The notes: generated by a model from the sequence alone, not told the origin. A stretch of DNA of 64,000 nt from an uncultured Gemmatimonadales bacterium (GCA_964619975.1 CAZUIY010000341.1:1393-65392), one strand, 5' to 3'. Counted from the first letter of the stretch, positions 53,664-61,836 are shown. Numbers and translations: made by a program.

Positions 53664-53815
53664 CGAGGGGTTGGTGGCTGGCCCCGCTGATGTGCGCGAT
53701 GCTTTGGATGTTGCTGAGCCTGATGTACGAGGACGGCTCCGGCGCCAAGCTGTTCGCGATGGGCGTCGGGGCCGCGCTCGCCGTGGGGTTGATCGCGATC
53801 CTAGACGAGGCATGA
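53660..53815 (+). CDS. small membrane peptide
   Basis: 51 codons; two hydrophobic helices. Confidence 0.3.
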   Translation: MTRGWWLAPLMCAMLWMLLSLMYEDGSGAKLFAMGVGAALAVGLIAILDEA

Positions 53816-53982
53816 TCGGCTCGAAGCGCCAGCGTCGCCGTCCCCGCTACGGGTCGCGCCACCGCGGCACGCGGACCTACTCCTGCGGCTGCTGCCACCC
53901 GCTCGACACCGACGGCAGGGAGTTCGTGAAGCCGCGCGCCACGAGGGAGCGCGCGGCGCTAAGGGACCAGGGGGCCGCGTGA
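53812..53982 (+). CDS. small basic Cys-containing peptide
   Basis: 56 aa; SCGCCHP. Confidence 0.3.
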   Translation: MIGSKRQRRRPRYGSRHRGTRTYSCGCCHPLDTDGREFVKPRATRERAALRDQGAA

Positions 53983-54170
53983 CGGGCGGGGAGCGGCCGT
54001 CCAACCCGAGGTGCCGATGCAGCCTGGTGCCGCTGGGGCAACTGCCGGACACGCCGCCCCCCGCGCTGCCGGGGACGATCGAGCAGATTCGCCGGCACTC
54101 GCGCGGCGACGAGCGCCTGTCGTGGATAAGGACGCTGGCGCACGTGCGTCGACTGCCGGAGCGGGGCTGA
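53979..54170 (+). CDS. small hypothetical protein
   Basis: 63 aa. Confidence 0.3.
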   Translation: MTGGERPSNPRCRCSLVPLGQLPDTPPPALPGTIEQIRRHSRGDERLSWIRTLAHVRRLPERG

Positions 54171-54295
54171 TGGGCCGGCGGGGGCGGCGCAGGCAGCTGG
54201 AGGCCGAGATGGCGGAGGCGCTTGCCCACTTCGAGCGTCGGCCGTCGTGGCGCGGACGGCTGCTTCGCTGGCTCGCGCGCCGCGCCGCCCGGTAG
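54170..54295 (+). CDS. very small basic peptide
   Basis: 41 aa; ATGA overlap. Confidence 0.25.
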   Translation: MGRRGRRRQLEAEMAEALAHFERRPSWRGRLLRWLARRAAR

Positions 54296-54317
54296 TCCAA
54301 GGGGTACAACTTGGGGC

Positions 54318-54419
54318 ATGAACCTCTTGCTCGTCATCCTCCTCGCGGCCCTCCAGGTCGTGGCCGTGGTGGTCGCGATCGTCGTGCTGATCACCGGCGT
54401 CGGCCGCCCGGTGCTGTAG
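54318..54419 (+). CDS. 33-aa hydrophobic membrane peptide
   Basis: MNLLLVILLAALQVVAVVVAIVVLITGVGRPVL. Confidence 0.3.
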   Translation: MNLLLVILLAALQVVAVVVAIVVLITGVGRPVL

Positions 54420-54590
54420 CCTGCCCGCGGGGCAGTCGGCGCGTCTATACCCCGAGCCTGTAGGGGTCCCAACGCGCAAACAGGTGCCAAGTGGAGCTGC
54501 GCGCCGATGAGCGACCGCCGACCGCGTCTATCTGCGAGGGAGTAATTACCCCGAGCATCCGGCGCGAGAGGCGGTACGCCCCTGCCCGAG
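54417..54590 (+). promoter_or_regulatory. unusually long intergenic region with a -10-like TAGCCT, short GC hairpins and two degenerate leader-like copies (TATACCCCGAGC, TTACCCCGAGC); candidate small RNA or regulatory region
   Basis: About 175 nt with no convincing ORF in a genome where genes otherwise overlap. Hairpins CTGCCC-gcg-GGGCAG and ACCCC-gagcctgta-GGGGT. Confidence 0.3.
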
Positions 54591-54591
54591 G

Positions 54592-54636
54592 TTGCGACCC
54601 CGGGCGCTGGCGGGTAGCCTGCGCCTCGTACCCGAT
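54592..54636 (+). promoter_or_regulatory. promoter P16 (-35 TTGCGA, 17 bp, -10 TAGCCT, leader GTACCCGATC)
   Basis: Directly visible; AGGAGGAT SD, then ATG 54651. Confidence 0.6.
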
Positions 54637-54650
54637 CCGTAGGAGGATGT

Positions 54651-54845
54651 ATGAGCGGCGAGCAGTGGGTGGCGCTGCCCTTCACGAGGGCAGACAAGCA
54701 GATCGTGCTGGAGGGGCCGAGCGACGGCTTTTACCCGCAGAAGCTGTACGTGGACTTCGACGACGTGAACCACGCCGAGGTGGAGCGTCGGCTGCCGCTG
54801 ATGCTGGAGGCGCTGAACGGGCTGGATCTGGAGCGGCCGGCGTGA
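54651..54845 (+). CDS. small hypothetical protein
   Basis: 64 aa. Confidence 0.4.
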   Translation: MSGEQWVALPFTRADKQIVLEGPSDGFYPQKLYVDFDDVNHAEVERRLPLMLEALNGLDLERPA

Positions 54846-55204
54846 GCGATCGGGTCAACAGCTACGACAAGAACGCGCGCGTTCCGGTCCTGAACACCCT
54901 GTGGGTGTGGGAGCCGCGCAACGCGGACGCCTGCGCGCTGGTGCGGGTGGTCGAGGTGATGTGGAACGGCGAGGAGTGGTGGGTGCGCGCCGAGCGGTGG
55001 CCCCAGCAGGACGGCGGGTCGTCGCTGAACGACGCGGGCCGGTTCGCCGAGGCGGCGCGTCCGGTGGTGGAGTCCGGTGGCCTCGGGAAGAACATGCACT
55101 GGCGGCAGCCGGCGCGCCCCGACGTCGAGGACGGGGTGCCGCTGTCGTGGTCGCTGGAGGCCGGCGGGCGCCAGCTGCGGCGGGGCGAGGAGGTGTCGGC
55201 GTGA
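54842..55204 (+). CDS. hypothetical Trp-rich protein
   Basis: 120 codons; GTGA overlap. Confidence 0.35.
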   Translation: MSDRVNSYDKNARVPVLNTLWVWEPRNADACALVRVVEVMWNGEEWWVRAERWPQQDGGSSLNDAGRFAEAARPVVESGGLGKNMHWRQPARPDVEDGVPLSWSLEAGGRQLRRGEEVSA

Positions 55205-55512
55205 GCGCGGAGAGGCGACGGGTCGTGTGGAAGTGCGTGCTGTCGCCGGCGCAGCCGATTGAGCACGAGATACCGCCCGGCTCGCGGCTGCTGGACCTGA
55301 AGGCGCAGGGCGACGTGCCGGTGACGTGGTGGAGCGTGCCGGCGGACCCGCCGCCCCCGCCGTGGCCGGTGGTGCGCTTCGAGGTGTTCGGCACGGGCAT
55401 GGCCTACGACTCCAAAGAGCTGCACTACGTTGGCAGCTTCCAGATTCCTAGCGCCGCGTTTGTGGGCCACGTGTTCACCCGCGACCCGTTCGAGCGGGAG
55501 GTGGCGTCGTGA
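55201..55512 (+). CDS. hypothetical protein
   Basis: 103 codons. Confidence 0.35.
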   Translation: MSAERRRVVWKCVLSPAQPIEHEIPPGSRLLDLKAQGDVPVTWWSVPADPPPPPWPVVRFEVFGTGMAYDSKELHYVGSFQIPSAAFVGHVFTRDPFEREVAS

Positions 55513-55823
55513 GGGCCGCGGCGGCGTTCGTGCTGGGCGCGGCAGCGGCCGCTGCCGTCGCGGTCGTCCTCGCCGGCTCGGTGAGCCAGTGGGCGCTTGG
55601 CCCGGAGCCGCGCCTGACGTGGAAGGAGGCCGAGACGCGGGCGCCCACGCCCGCCGAGGTGACGAACTGCCGCGATCGGCAGCGGCGCGCTCGGGTCGAG
55701 CACGCGCGGCTGCTGCCGACGTCGGAGCGAGCTCACTACTGGCGGGCGACGCGCCGCGCCGAGCGCCGCCGGCTCGCCGAATACGGCGACATCTGCCTGT
55801 ACGAGACGAGGGCCGCGCCGTGA
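55509..55823 (+). CDS. hypothetical protein with N-terminal TM/signal segment
   Basis: 104 aa; AAAFVLGAAAAAAVAVVLAG. Confidence 0.35.
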   Translation: MRAAAAFVLGAAAAAAVAVVLAGSVSQWALGPEPRLTWKEAETRAPTPAEVTNCRDRQRRARVEHARLLPTSERAHYWRATRRAERRRLAEYGDICLYETRAAP

Positions 55824-55945
55824 TGCCGGTCGAGGCGCTGCTGATCGCGATCGGGGTAGTGGCCGCGGGCTGGGCCGCGGCGGTGGCGCTGGTGCAGGTG
55901 CGCTACCGCCGCCGCGCCCGCCGCAGGGGGAGGCTGATCCCGTGA
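55823..55945 (+). CDS. 40-aa membrane peptide
   Basis: LLIAIGVVAAGWAAAVALV followed by basic residues. Confidence 0.25.
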   Translation: MPVEALLIAIGVVAAGWAAAVALVQVRYRRRARRRGRLIP

Positions 55946-56157
55946 TTGCGGTCGAGGTGACGTGCGACCAAGACGGCTGCGAGGCGCGGGCGACGGTGCG
56001 CGTCGACGACCTGGACGTGATCGTGGATACCACGAGGGGGAGCATCTTCACCCTCGACACGGGCTGGAGCGACTGGCCGGACGGGTGGGTGCACGACGGC
56101 CCGGTCGACGTGTGCCCCGCCCACGCCGACCTTGCGGGGACCGTCGATGCCGAGTAG
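55942..56157 (+). CDS. small hypothetical protein
   Basis: 71 aa; CDQDGCEA. Confidence 0.3.
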   Translation: MIAVEVTCDQDGCEARATVRVDDLDVIVDTTRGSIFTLDTGWSDWPDGWVHDGPVDVCPAHADLAGTVDAE

Positions 56158-56176
56158 CATCGCCGCCGTACCCGAT
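56132..56176 (+). promoter_or_regulatory. promoter P17 (-35 TTGCGG, 17 bp, -10 TAGCAT, leader GTACCCGATC)
   Basis: Directly visible; GGAGG SD, then ATG 56194. Confidence 0.6.
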
Positions 56177-56193
56177 CTACCTGGAGGGATTCC

Positions 56194-56391
56194 ATGGAGG
56201 CATTCGAGCAACCGACGGACCACGACGCCCGCTTGGCGGCCGCGCGCGAGCGCGCCCTGTGGGAGCTGGGCGACGCGGAGTACGCGGACGTGATCCTGGC
56301 CGCGTACGAAGACCCGGCGGCCGACGCGCGGCTGGTGACCGACGAACGCGCGAACGCGGGCCGTTCGCGTCGACTGGAGGCGGCGGCATGA
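56194..56391 (+). CDS. small acidic hypothetical protein
   Basis: 65 aa. Confidence 0.4.
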   Translation: MEAFEQPTDHDARLAAARERALWELGDAEYADVILAAYEDPAADARLVTDERANAGRSRRLEAAA

Positions 56392-58559
56392 CCGACGTGG
56401 CGAAGGTGCGGTTCGTCGTCGAGCGCTCGACGGTGGGCGGGATCACGGACCTGGCTCGCGTCGTGGACGGCGAGGACCCGGTGGAGGCCATAGTGGCGGC
56501 GGCGATGGACTCGCTAGGCGTGGACGTGCGCCTGACCGTCTCGGGCGTGACGATGCACCTGGCGGCGTGGCGCGATCCGGAGCACTGGGCCGACGACTGG
56601 CGGGAGAAGTGCGGCGACGAGGACCCGGTCGAGTTCGTCGAGCGCCTGCTGATCGAGCGGGCAGCGAAGGCGGCGTGGGACGCCCGCGAGGCTCGCCACG
56701 AGGCGTCGGGGCTGAAGCCGATCCCCTGGGAGACCGACGAGCGCCGGGACGCAAAGCGGGCATTCCGGCAGCAGTTCGCCGGGGCCTTTCCCTCGAAGCC
56801 CGACGAGCAGACCCGTGGCGGGGTGGCAGCGGCGATTGCCGACGCCTTGAACGTGGCGGGCCGGGCCGCGCTTACCGATCGTGAGGCGTTGAGGGCGGCT
56901 GACGCTGCGATCCGCGCTTTCGGCGGGGCCGTCCCCTATGGAGGGGAGCCGAGCGAGCTTGCGTTGCGTCTCGCCGACGTGCAGGCGGCCATCGCGCTCG
57001 TCGAGACCGACGAGGACGGCGAGATCAAGCCGGGCCAGCACGGCATCCTGTCGGCGCTCGACTACGCGGTTCGTGGCGACGCTGGCTGCGTCGAGCCGGA
57101 CGAGTGGGCCGCGAACCGTCGCAAGGCTCTGGCCGAGCACGGCGGCTATCTCGGTCTGGACGCCCAGCCTGAGCGGGAGGGTGGCGAGGACCCGGATGCG
57201 TCGGACCGATGGAAGTCGCTGCCAATCGAGCAGCAGCTTGCCGAGATGACGCGGGCGCGGGACTCCGCTTGGCAGCGTGCGCAGGCTCTCGGTGAGGAGG
57301 TCGGGAACCTGGAGGCCGTCATCGACAAGGCCCTCGCCACGACCTGGGAGCAGGACGACGACGGCGCGTGGTGCAACGCGGATGGCGACGTTCAGCACGC
57401 CGACCGCCTGACCGCGCTCGCCGCCCTTCAGCCGTGGTGGCAGGAGTGGGGCGACCGGGCATGGGGCCTGGCCGGGAACGCGCAGGAAAAGATTGAGCGG
57501 CTGAAGGCGGACCTCGCCGAGCAGGTCCAGAAGGGCTACGACGCTCGCAACGCGCGGGGCCTGTCTACGGACGTGCTGCGCGACCCGCCGGACGACCTTC
57601 TCGACGCCGTTGCCGCCGGCATGAACGACCGTGCTTGGATCGTCAAGGTCGACGGGCAGGGGGCCGTGTCGCTGGAGGATGCAGCGCGCGGCTTCATGAT
57701 CGACCTTGCGGATCGGGTCGACGCACGGCACTCACCCCCCTCCCTGTCTGAGCGGGGAGAGGACGGGCGAGATGATCTAGCCGCCGATCTCGCAACGTTG
57801 TTCAGCCCTGCCGTTTGGGACACAACGCAGTTCGGCCCCGTCAACTGGCGCGAGGTCGTCGGCTACGTGTTCCACAACGCCGAGAAGCGGGGATGGTCGC
57901 TGTCGCCTGCCGTGGCACTGACGGTGGAGGGCGTGACCGACGAGCAGATTAAGGCGGCGCTGGTTCGGCTCTACAACGACGGGCTCGGCGCGTCGGATCG
58001 CGATGTCAAGCGGTCGCGTGCCTTCATCGCCGCGCTGGCCGCTGTCTCTGAGGGACCAGAGCGAGACCCGCTCGAAGCAGATCGCGCGGAGGCCGAGGCT
58101 CGGTTAGGGGCGATCCATGAGTCCTCGAACACCCCGCCGCGACAGAACGCGACGGTGACGGTGAAGTGCGTGGGCTGCGGCCACCGCGACGGGGTTCGCG
58201 GAGAGAGCGGCCCGCGAGCGGACGATGCCGTGCCGATGTGCTCGAAGTGTTTCTCGCCGATGGTGGCCGTGCGCGCGCGCCGCTGGGAGGTCACGGTCGT
58301 CGACGGCTTCGGCCAATTCGTCTCGGGTCCGGATACTGCCCCGGAGGGCTCGGGCCTGACGGGCATGGACTGGGTGAAGGCGGCCGAGGTAGAGGTGGTC
58401 GAGGCCGCGCACGTGGACGAGGCGGTGCGCCGGCTGCGCGAGTGGGCGGCCTACTGCGCAACGGTCGTCGAGGGCGCGGTGGGCAGCCGCCGGGACTTGT
58501 GGCAGCGCAGGCACGACGACGCGATGGGACTCGTGGCTATGCTGGAGCGCGAGCCGTGA
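56388..58559 (+). CDS. large hypothetical protein (723 aa) with C-terminal zinc-ribbon; lower GC than surroundings
   Basis: ATG 7 nt after GGAGG; CVGCGH...CSKC near the C-terminus. GC content falls noticeably in 57.1-58.1 kb. No Walker or polymerase motifs recognised. Confidence 0.5.
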   Translation: MTDVAKVRFVVERSTVGGITDLARVVDGEDPVEAIVAAAMDSLGVDVRLTVSGVTMHLAAWRDPEHWADDWREKCGDEDPVEFVERLLIERAAKAAWDAREARHEASGLKPIPWETDERRDAKRAFRQQFAGAFPSKPDEQTRGGVAAAIADALNVAGRAALTDREALRAADAAIRAFGGAVPYGGEPSELALRLADVQAAIALVETDEDGEIKPGQHGILSALDYAVRGDAGCVEPDEWAANRRKALAEHGGYLGLDAQPEREGGEDPDASDRWKSLPIEQQLAEMTRARDSAWQRAQALGEEVGNLEAVIDKALATTWEQDDDGAWCNADGDVQHADRLTALAALQPWWQEWGDRAWGLAGNAQEKIERLKADLAEQVQKGYDARNARGLSTDVLRDPPDDLLDAVAAGMNDRAWIVKVDGQGAVSLEDAARGFMIDLADRVDARHSPPSLSERGEDGRDDLAADLATLFSPAVWDTTQFGPVNWREVVGYVFHNAEKRGWSLSPAVALTVEGVTDEQIKAALVRLYNDGLGASDRDVKRSRAFIAALAAVSEGPERDPLEADRAEAEARLGAIHESSNTPPRQNATVTVKCVGCGHRDGVRGESGPRADDAVPMCSKCFSPMVAVRARRWEVTVVDGFGQFVSGPDTAPEGSGLTGMDWVKAAEVEVVEAAHVDEAVRRLREWAAYCATVVEGAVGSRRDLWQRRHDDAMGLVAMLEREP

Positions 58560-58867
58560 CCCACGTGGGGTCAGTCGAGCGCGCGCGGCTGCTGTCTCGG
58601 CTGGATCGGCGGCTTGCGGCCGTCGCGACGGGGGCAGGCACGCCGGGCGAGCGGCTGGTGGCCTACCTACGTCGCGCCGAGTGGTTCCTGGCCGTGGGCG
58701 GCTGCCCGGAGTGCGCCACGCTGAGCGAGTCGATCGGCCGGGGGCGGTGGTGCCGCTGCGGCCGGGTGCGCGATCCGATCCTTGACCTGCTTGAGAGGCC
58801 CGCCGCGCTGCGCCGAGCGTCGACGAGCGCGGCCGAGGTGGTGCGGCGGCTGCTGGCAGACTCCTAG
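58556..58867 (+). CDS. hypothetical protein
   Basis: 103 codons; CPECA...CRCG. Confidence 0.35.
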   Translation: MTHVGSVERARLLSRLDRRLAAVATGAGTPGERLVAYLRRAEWFLAVGGCPECATLSESIGRGRWCRCGRVRDPILDLLERPAALRRASTSAAEVVRRLLADS

Positions 58868-58954
58868 CCGTAGGCTGTCCTCGGGGCGTGGCGGGACGTG
58901 AGCGCGCTGGAGGGCGGTCGAAGGGAACGGACCGCCGCGCCTCGCCTCGTCGGC

Positions 58955-59000
58955 TTGCCGCCCGCCCCGCCCTCGGGGTAGAGTGCCCGCCGTACCCGAC
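58955..59000 (+). promoter_or_regulatory. promoter P18 (-35 TTGCCG, 18 bp, -10 TAGAGT, leader GTACCCGAC)
   Basis: Directly visible; GGAGG SD, then GTG 59015. Confidence 0.55.
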
Positions 59001-59014
59001 GCCGGAGGCCGTTA

Positions 59015-59308
59015 GTGACCAGCAGCAGCGTCCAGGTCATGCTGATCTTGGATGGAGTGGACGGAGACGAGGCCCGGCGCGTCTGGCTGCCCGGCGTGCC
59101 GCGCCCCGGCGACCGCCTGGAGCTTGAGGAGGGGGTGGAGGTCGACGGCGCGCCGGAGGGATCGGACGCCGTGATGCTCTGGCGGGTGCGCGCCGTGACC
59201 TACCGCGAGCTGACGATCAGGCGCCCGAGGTACGGGGCCGGCACGAAGATATGGGAGCCGGTGCTGGCCTGCGAGCCGTGGGACGACTTCGAGCACGGGG
59301 CGGGCTGA
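59015..59308 (+). CDS. hypothetical protein
   Basis: 97 aa. Confidence 0.4.
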   Translation: MTSSSVQVMLILDGVDGDEARRVWLPGVPRPGDRLELEEGVEVDGAPEGSDAVMLWRVRAVTYRELTIRRPRYGAGTKIWEPVLACEPWDDFEHGAG

Positions 59309-59469
59309 TGGAGTTCGCGGTGCTGGGGGGCTGGCTGCTGCTGCTGGCGGGTCTCGGCTGGCTGCACCTGGCGCGGGACCTGCCGGGAGGTCGCCCGATC
59401 GGCCTGGTGGCCGTGGCGGTCGCCTCGGTCGTCCTCGCGACGGTGGCGGTCGCGGAGGTGACGGGCTGA
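59308..59469 (+). CDS. small membrane peptide
   Basis: 53 aa; two hydrophobic helices. Confidence 0.3.
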   Translation: MEFAVLGGWLLLLAGLGWLHLARDLPGGRPIGLVAVAVASVVLATVAVAEVTG

Positions 59470-59786
59470 TGCCGCACGAGCGGGTGCTGAACCGCAGGCT
59501 GCGCTCGGCGCGCGGGCGCGGCGTCTACGTGGGGCGACCGACGAAGTGGGGCAACCCGGTCAAGCTTCACAAGGACGATCGCCTGCACCGCGTGGCGTGC
59601 CTGCGCGCGTACGCCTGCTACCTAGACGGGCGCCCGCAGCTGGTCGAGGAGGCGCGCGCCGAGCTGGCGGGGCGGGAGCTGGTGTGCTGGTGCGCGCCGA
59701 AGCTATGCCACGCCGACGTGCTGGCGCGCGTGGTCGACGGCATGACGCCCGCCGAGGCGGTCGAGGACGCGATCGGTCGTGGCTGA
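59469..59786 (+). CDS. DUF4326-family protein
   Basis: VYVGRPTKWGNPV...LVCWCAPKLCHADVL matches the DUF4326 signature (VY.GR...WGNPF ... CWC.P..CH.D.L). Confidence 0.5.
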   Translation: MPHERVLNRRLRSARGRGVYVGRPTKWGNPVKLHKDDRLHRVACLRAYACYLDGRPQLVEEARAELAGRELVCWCAPKLCHADVLARVVDGMTPAEAVEDAIGRG

Positions 59787-60030
59787 GGCGCTGCCACCCG
59801 AGGACCAGCGGCCGCTCCAGCGCGCGCTGGTCGAGCTCCACGAGATGGACTTCGAGGCGGAGATGGCGGCGCTGCCGAGCGGCTGGACCTTGGAGTGGCG
59901 CCGCCGCGGCGCGCGCTGGATCACCCACGCGGCCGATCTCGACGACCTCGGACTGCTGTTGCTGGGCTGGCTCGGCGCGCGCCAGTCGGCCGACGTCGAC
60001 GAGACGGACTACGCCGAGCGCCTGTCGTGA
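59779..60030 (+). CDS. small hypothetical protein
   Basis: 83 aa. Confidence 0.35.
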   Translation: MAEALPPEDQRPLQRALVELHEMDFEAEMAALPSGWTLEWRRRGARWITHAADLDDLGLLLLGWLGARQSADVDETDYAERLS

Positions 60031-60035
60031 GGCCG

Positions 60036-60080
60036 AGGCCGGACTTGGCGCATGAGCGTAGGCTGCCGGGCGTACCCGAT
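60036..60080 (+). promoter_or_regulatory. promoter P19 (-10 TAGGCT, leader GTACCCGATC; weak -35)
   Basis: TAGGCT-7nt-GTACCCGATC; weak SD; GTG 60099. Confidence 0.45.
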
Positions 60081-60098
60081 CGACAGGCCGTCGAAGAT

Positions 60099-60533
60099 GT
60101 GCTGACCGACCCGGGGTGGCCGCGCCCCTACGTGTGGATCGACGGTCGACCGACTCCCGTGCCGTGGGTGTCGCCGTCGGACAACCTCGCGGCGGGCGCG
60201 ATGGTGCGCCGGCAGGAGATGTTCGAGAACGAGCTGTGCCACGTGTGCGGCGAGGGCTTCGACGGGCGGGTGGCGTTCTTCGTGAACGAGCGCCCGCCCC
60301 GCGACCTGCGGGGCAAGATCATCCTCCCCATGACGGACGCGCTGCTGCACGAGCGCTGCGCGCGGCTGGCGCTCGGGCACTGCCCGGTGCTGCGCGGGAT
60401 GCGCGGCGGGCCGGAGCTGTTCGCCGTGTCGGCACCGTGCGAAGACCTGTGGGTGACGGAGGTCGACGGGGAGCGCCGCTTCGTGGTGGGCCTCGATCGA
60501 GCGCGACTGGAGCCGAGGCTTGCCGCGGGCTGA
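60099..60533 (+). CDS. hypothetical protein
   Basis: 144 codons; CHVCGEGFD ... CPVLRG. Confidence 0.4.
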   Translation: MLTDPGWPRPYVWIDGRPTPVPWVSPSDNLAAGAMVRRQEMFENELCHVCGEGFDGRVAFFVNERPPRDLRGKIILPMTDALLHERCARLALGHCPVLRGMRGGPELFAVSAPCEDLWVTEVDGERRFVVGLDRARLEPRLAAG

Positions 60534-61266
60534 GAGGGGGCCGTGGCTGGTGTCGTCGTACCCGCCGCGCGACAGGTGCTGGGAGTGCAACGCGCGCAGC
60601 GGCCTGCTGACGATCTACCACGTGTCCCCGCGCCCGACAGACGCCGTGCACTGGCCGGAGGGCGCGCGCTGGTCGCAGCACCATCGGACCGTCTGCTGCG
60701 GGGCGGCGGCCTGCCGGGCGCGCATCGTCAAGCGCAAGGCGCGCGCGAGGCAGCGCAGCAGCGTCCTGTTCGTGCTGGTTGAGCCGAGGTGCCCCGACGC
60801 GCCGGGGGGCACGTGCAAGTGGTGCGGGGAGGCGATCTACTCGTCCGACGGTAAGGGGGTCGATCGGCGGCGGCGCTACCACTACGGGCCGCTGAACCGC
60901 CACGAGCTGCGCGGCCGGCCACCGATGCTCGACGAGCCCGACTGCGTCTACTGGTACCACCACTGGCGCACGATGGACTCGCGGGTCGCGCTCCAGCGGG
61001 AGGCCGAGGCGCTGGGCCGGACGGTGCTGCGGTGCGCGGACTGCGGGCGGGAGTGCTCGCGGCAGCGGCCGCTCCGGCAGAGCGGGCAGGCGGGGTGGTG
61101 GTGGGACTCGCGGCCGTGGGAGGCCGATCACGAGCTGGCGCTGGAGGACGGCGGCGAGCACCGCCTTGAGAACCTGGCGGTTCGGTGCGCGCCGTGCCAC
61201 CGCGCCAAGACGGCCGAGGAGAACCGGGCGCGCGCAGCGGAGCGCCGAAGGCTCAGGGCCTCGTGA
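60520..61266 (+). CDS. HNH endonuclease (terminase-associated position)
   Basis: C-terminal HNH motif CADCGRE...WEADHELALEDGGEHRLENLAVRCAPCHRAKT; lies about 2 kb upstream of the terminase large subunit. Confidence 0.65.
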   Translation: MPRAERGPWLVSSYPPRDRCWECNARSGLLTIYHVSPRPTDAVHWPEGARWSQHHRTVCCGAAACRARIVKRKARARQRSSVLFVLVEPRCPDAPGGTCKWCGEAIYSSDGKGVDRRRRYHYGPLNRHELRGRPPMLDEPDCVYWYHHWRTMDSRVALQREAEALGRTVLRCADCGRECSRQRPLRQSGQAGWWWDSRPWEADHELALEDGGEHRLENLAVRCAPCHRAKTAEENRARAAERRRLRAS

Positions 61267-61433
61267 GCGGGCGGCGCTTCTGGCTCGTGGTCGCGTCGGC
61301 GTGGCTGGCGGCGCAGGGCTGGGCGAACCTGTGCTTCGCCGGGTGGACCGCGCAGGGCGTGATGAGCCTGCTGATCGGATCGGCGATGGCCACCGCCGCG
61401 GGCGTCGCGTGGGAGCGCGCCTGGCGGTCGTAA
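61263..61433 (+). CDS. small membrane peptide
   Basis: 56 codons; WLVVASAWLAAQGWANLCFAGW. Confidence 0.3.
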   Translation: MSGRRFWLVVASAWLAAQGWANLCFAGWTAQGVMSLLIGSAMATAAGVAWERAWRS

Positions 61434-61464
61434 CGACGCGATCACGGGGGTAGCCTTCTCGGCC

Positions 61465-61836
61465 ATGCCCGCCGCCTACTTCGTCGCGCCGTACAAGCTG
61501 CGCCCCAACGACAAGGGTCGGCCGTTCCCGATCCGCTACTGCGCGATGGACGACCACACCGCGGCGATCGACGCCGACGGTGGCTGCTGGTCTGAGGTCG
61601 AGATCGCCGGGGACCAGGCGGTCGTGGTGGTGGAGGCGTCGGCAAAGACGCTCGCGACGCTGGCCGGCGAGTTCGAGCAGGTAGACCGCGAGGCGGCCGC
61701 ACGCCGGATCGCCGACGAGCCACGCCGCACGCCGCGCCTGGTCGACGGCGAGATCGTTTTCGACGGGCCGGTGGTCGCGGCGGCGAAGCGCGGCACCATC
61801 GACCGCCTCGACGCCGAGCTCGCGAGGGGCCGCTGA
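61465..61836 (+). CDS. hypothetical protein
   Basis: 123 aa. Confidence 0.45.
   Translation: MPAAYFVAPYKLRPNDKGRPFPIRYCAMDDHTAAIDADGGCWSEVEIAGDQAVVVVEASAKTLATLAGEFEQVDREAAARRIADEPRRTPRLVDGEIVFDGPVVAAAKRGTIDRLDAELARGR

Noticed and set aside
15930-60080. The repeated GTACCCGATC-containing elements as a CRISPR array or transposon ends
   Set aside because: Copies are separated by 0.3-5 kb of coding sequence and are not evenly spaced. All sit in promoter/SD/start context on one strand. There are no spacers or flanking inverted repeats.
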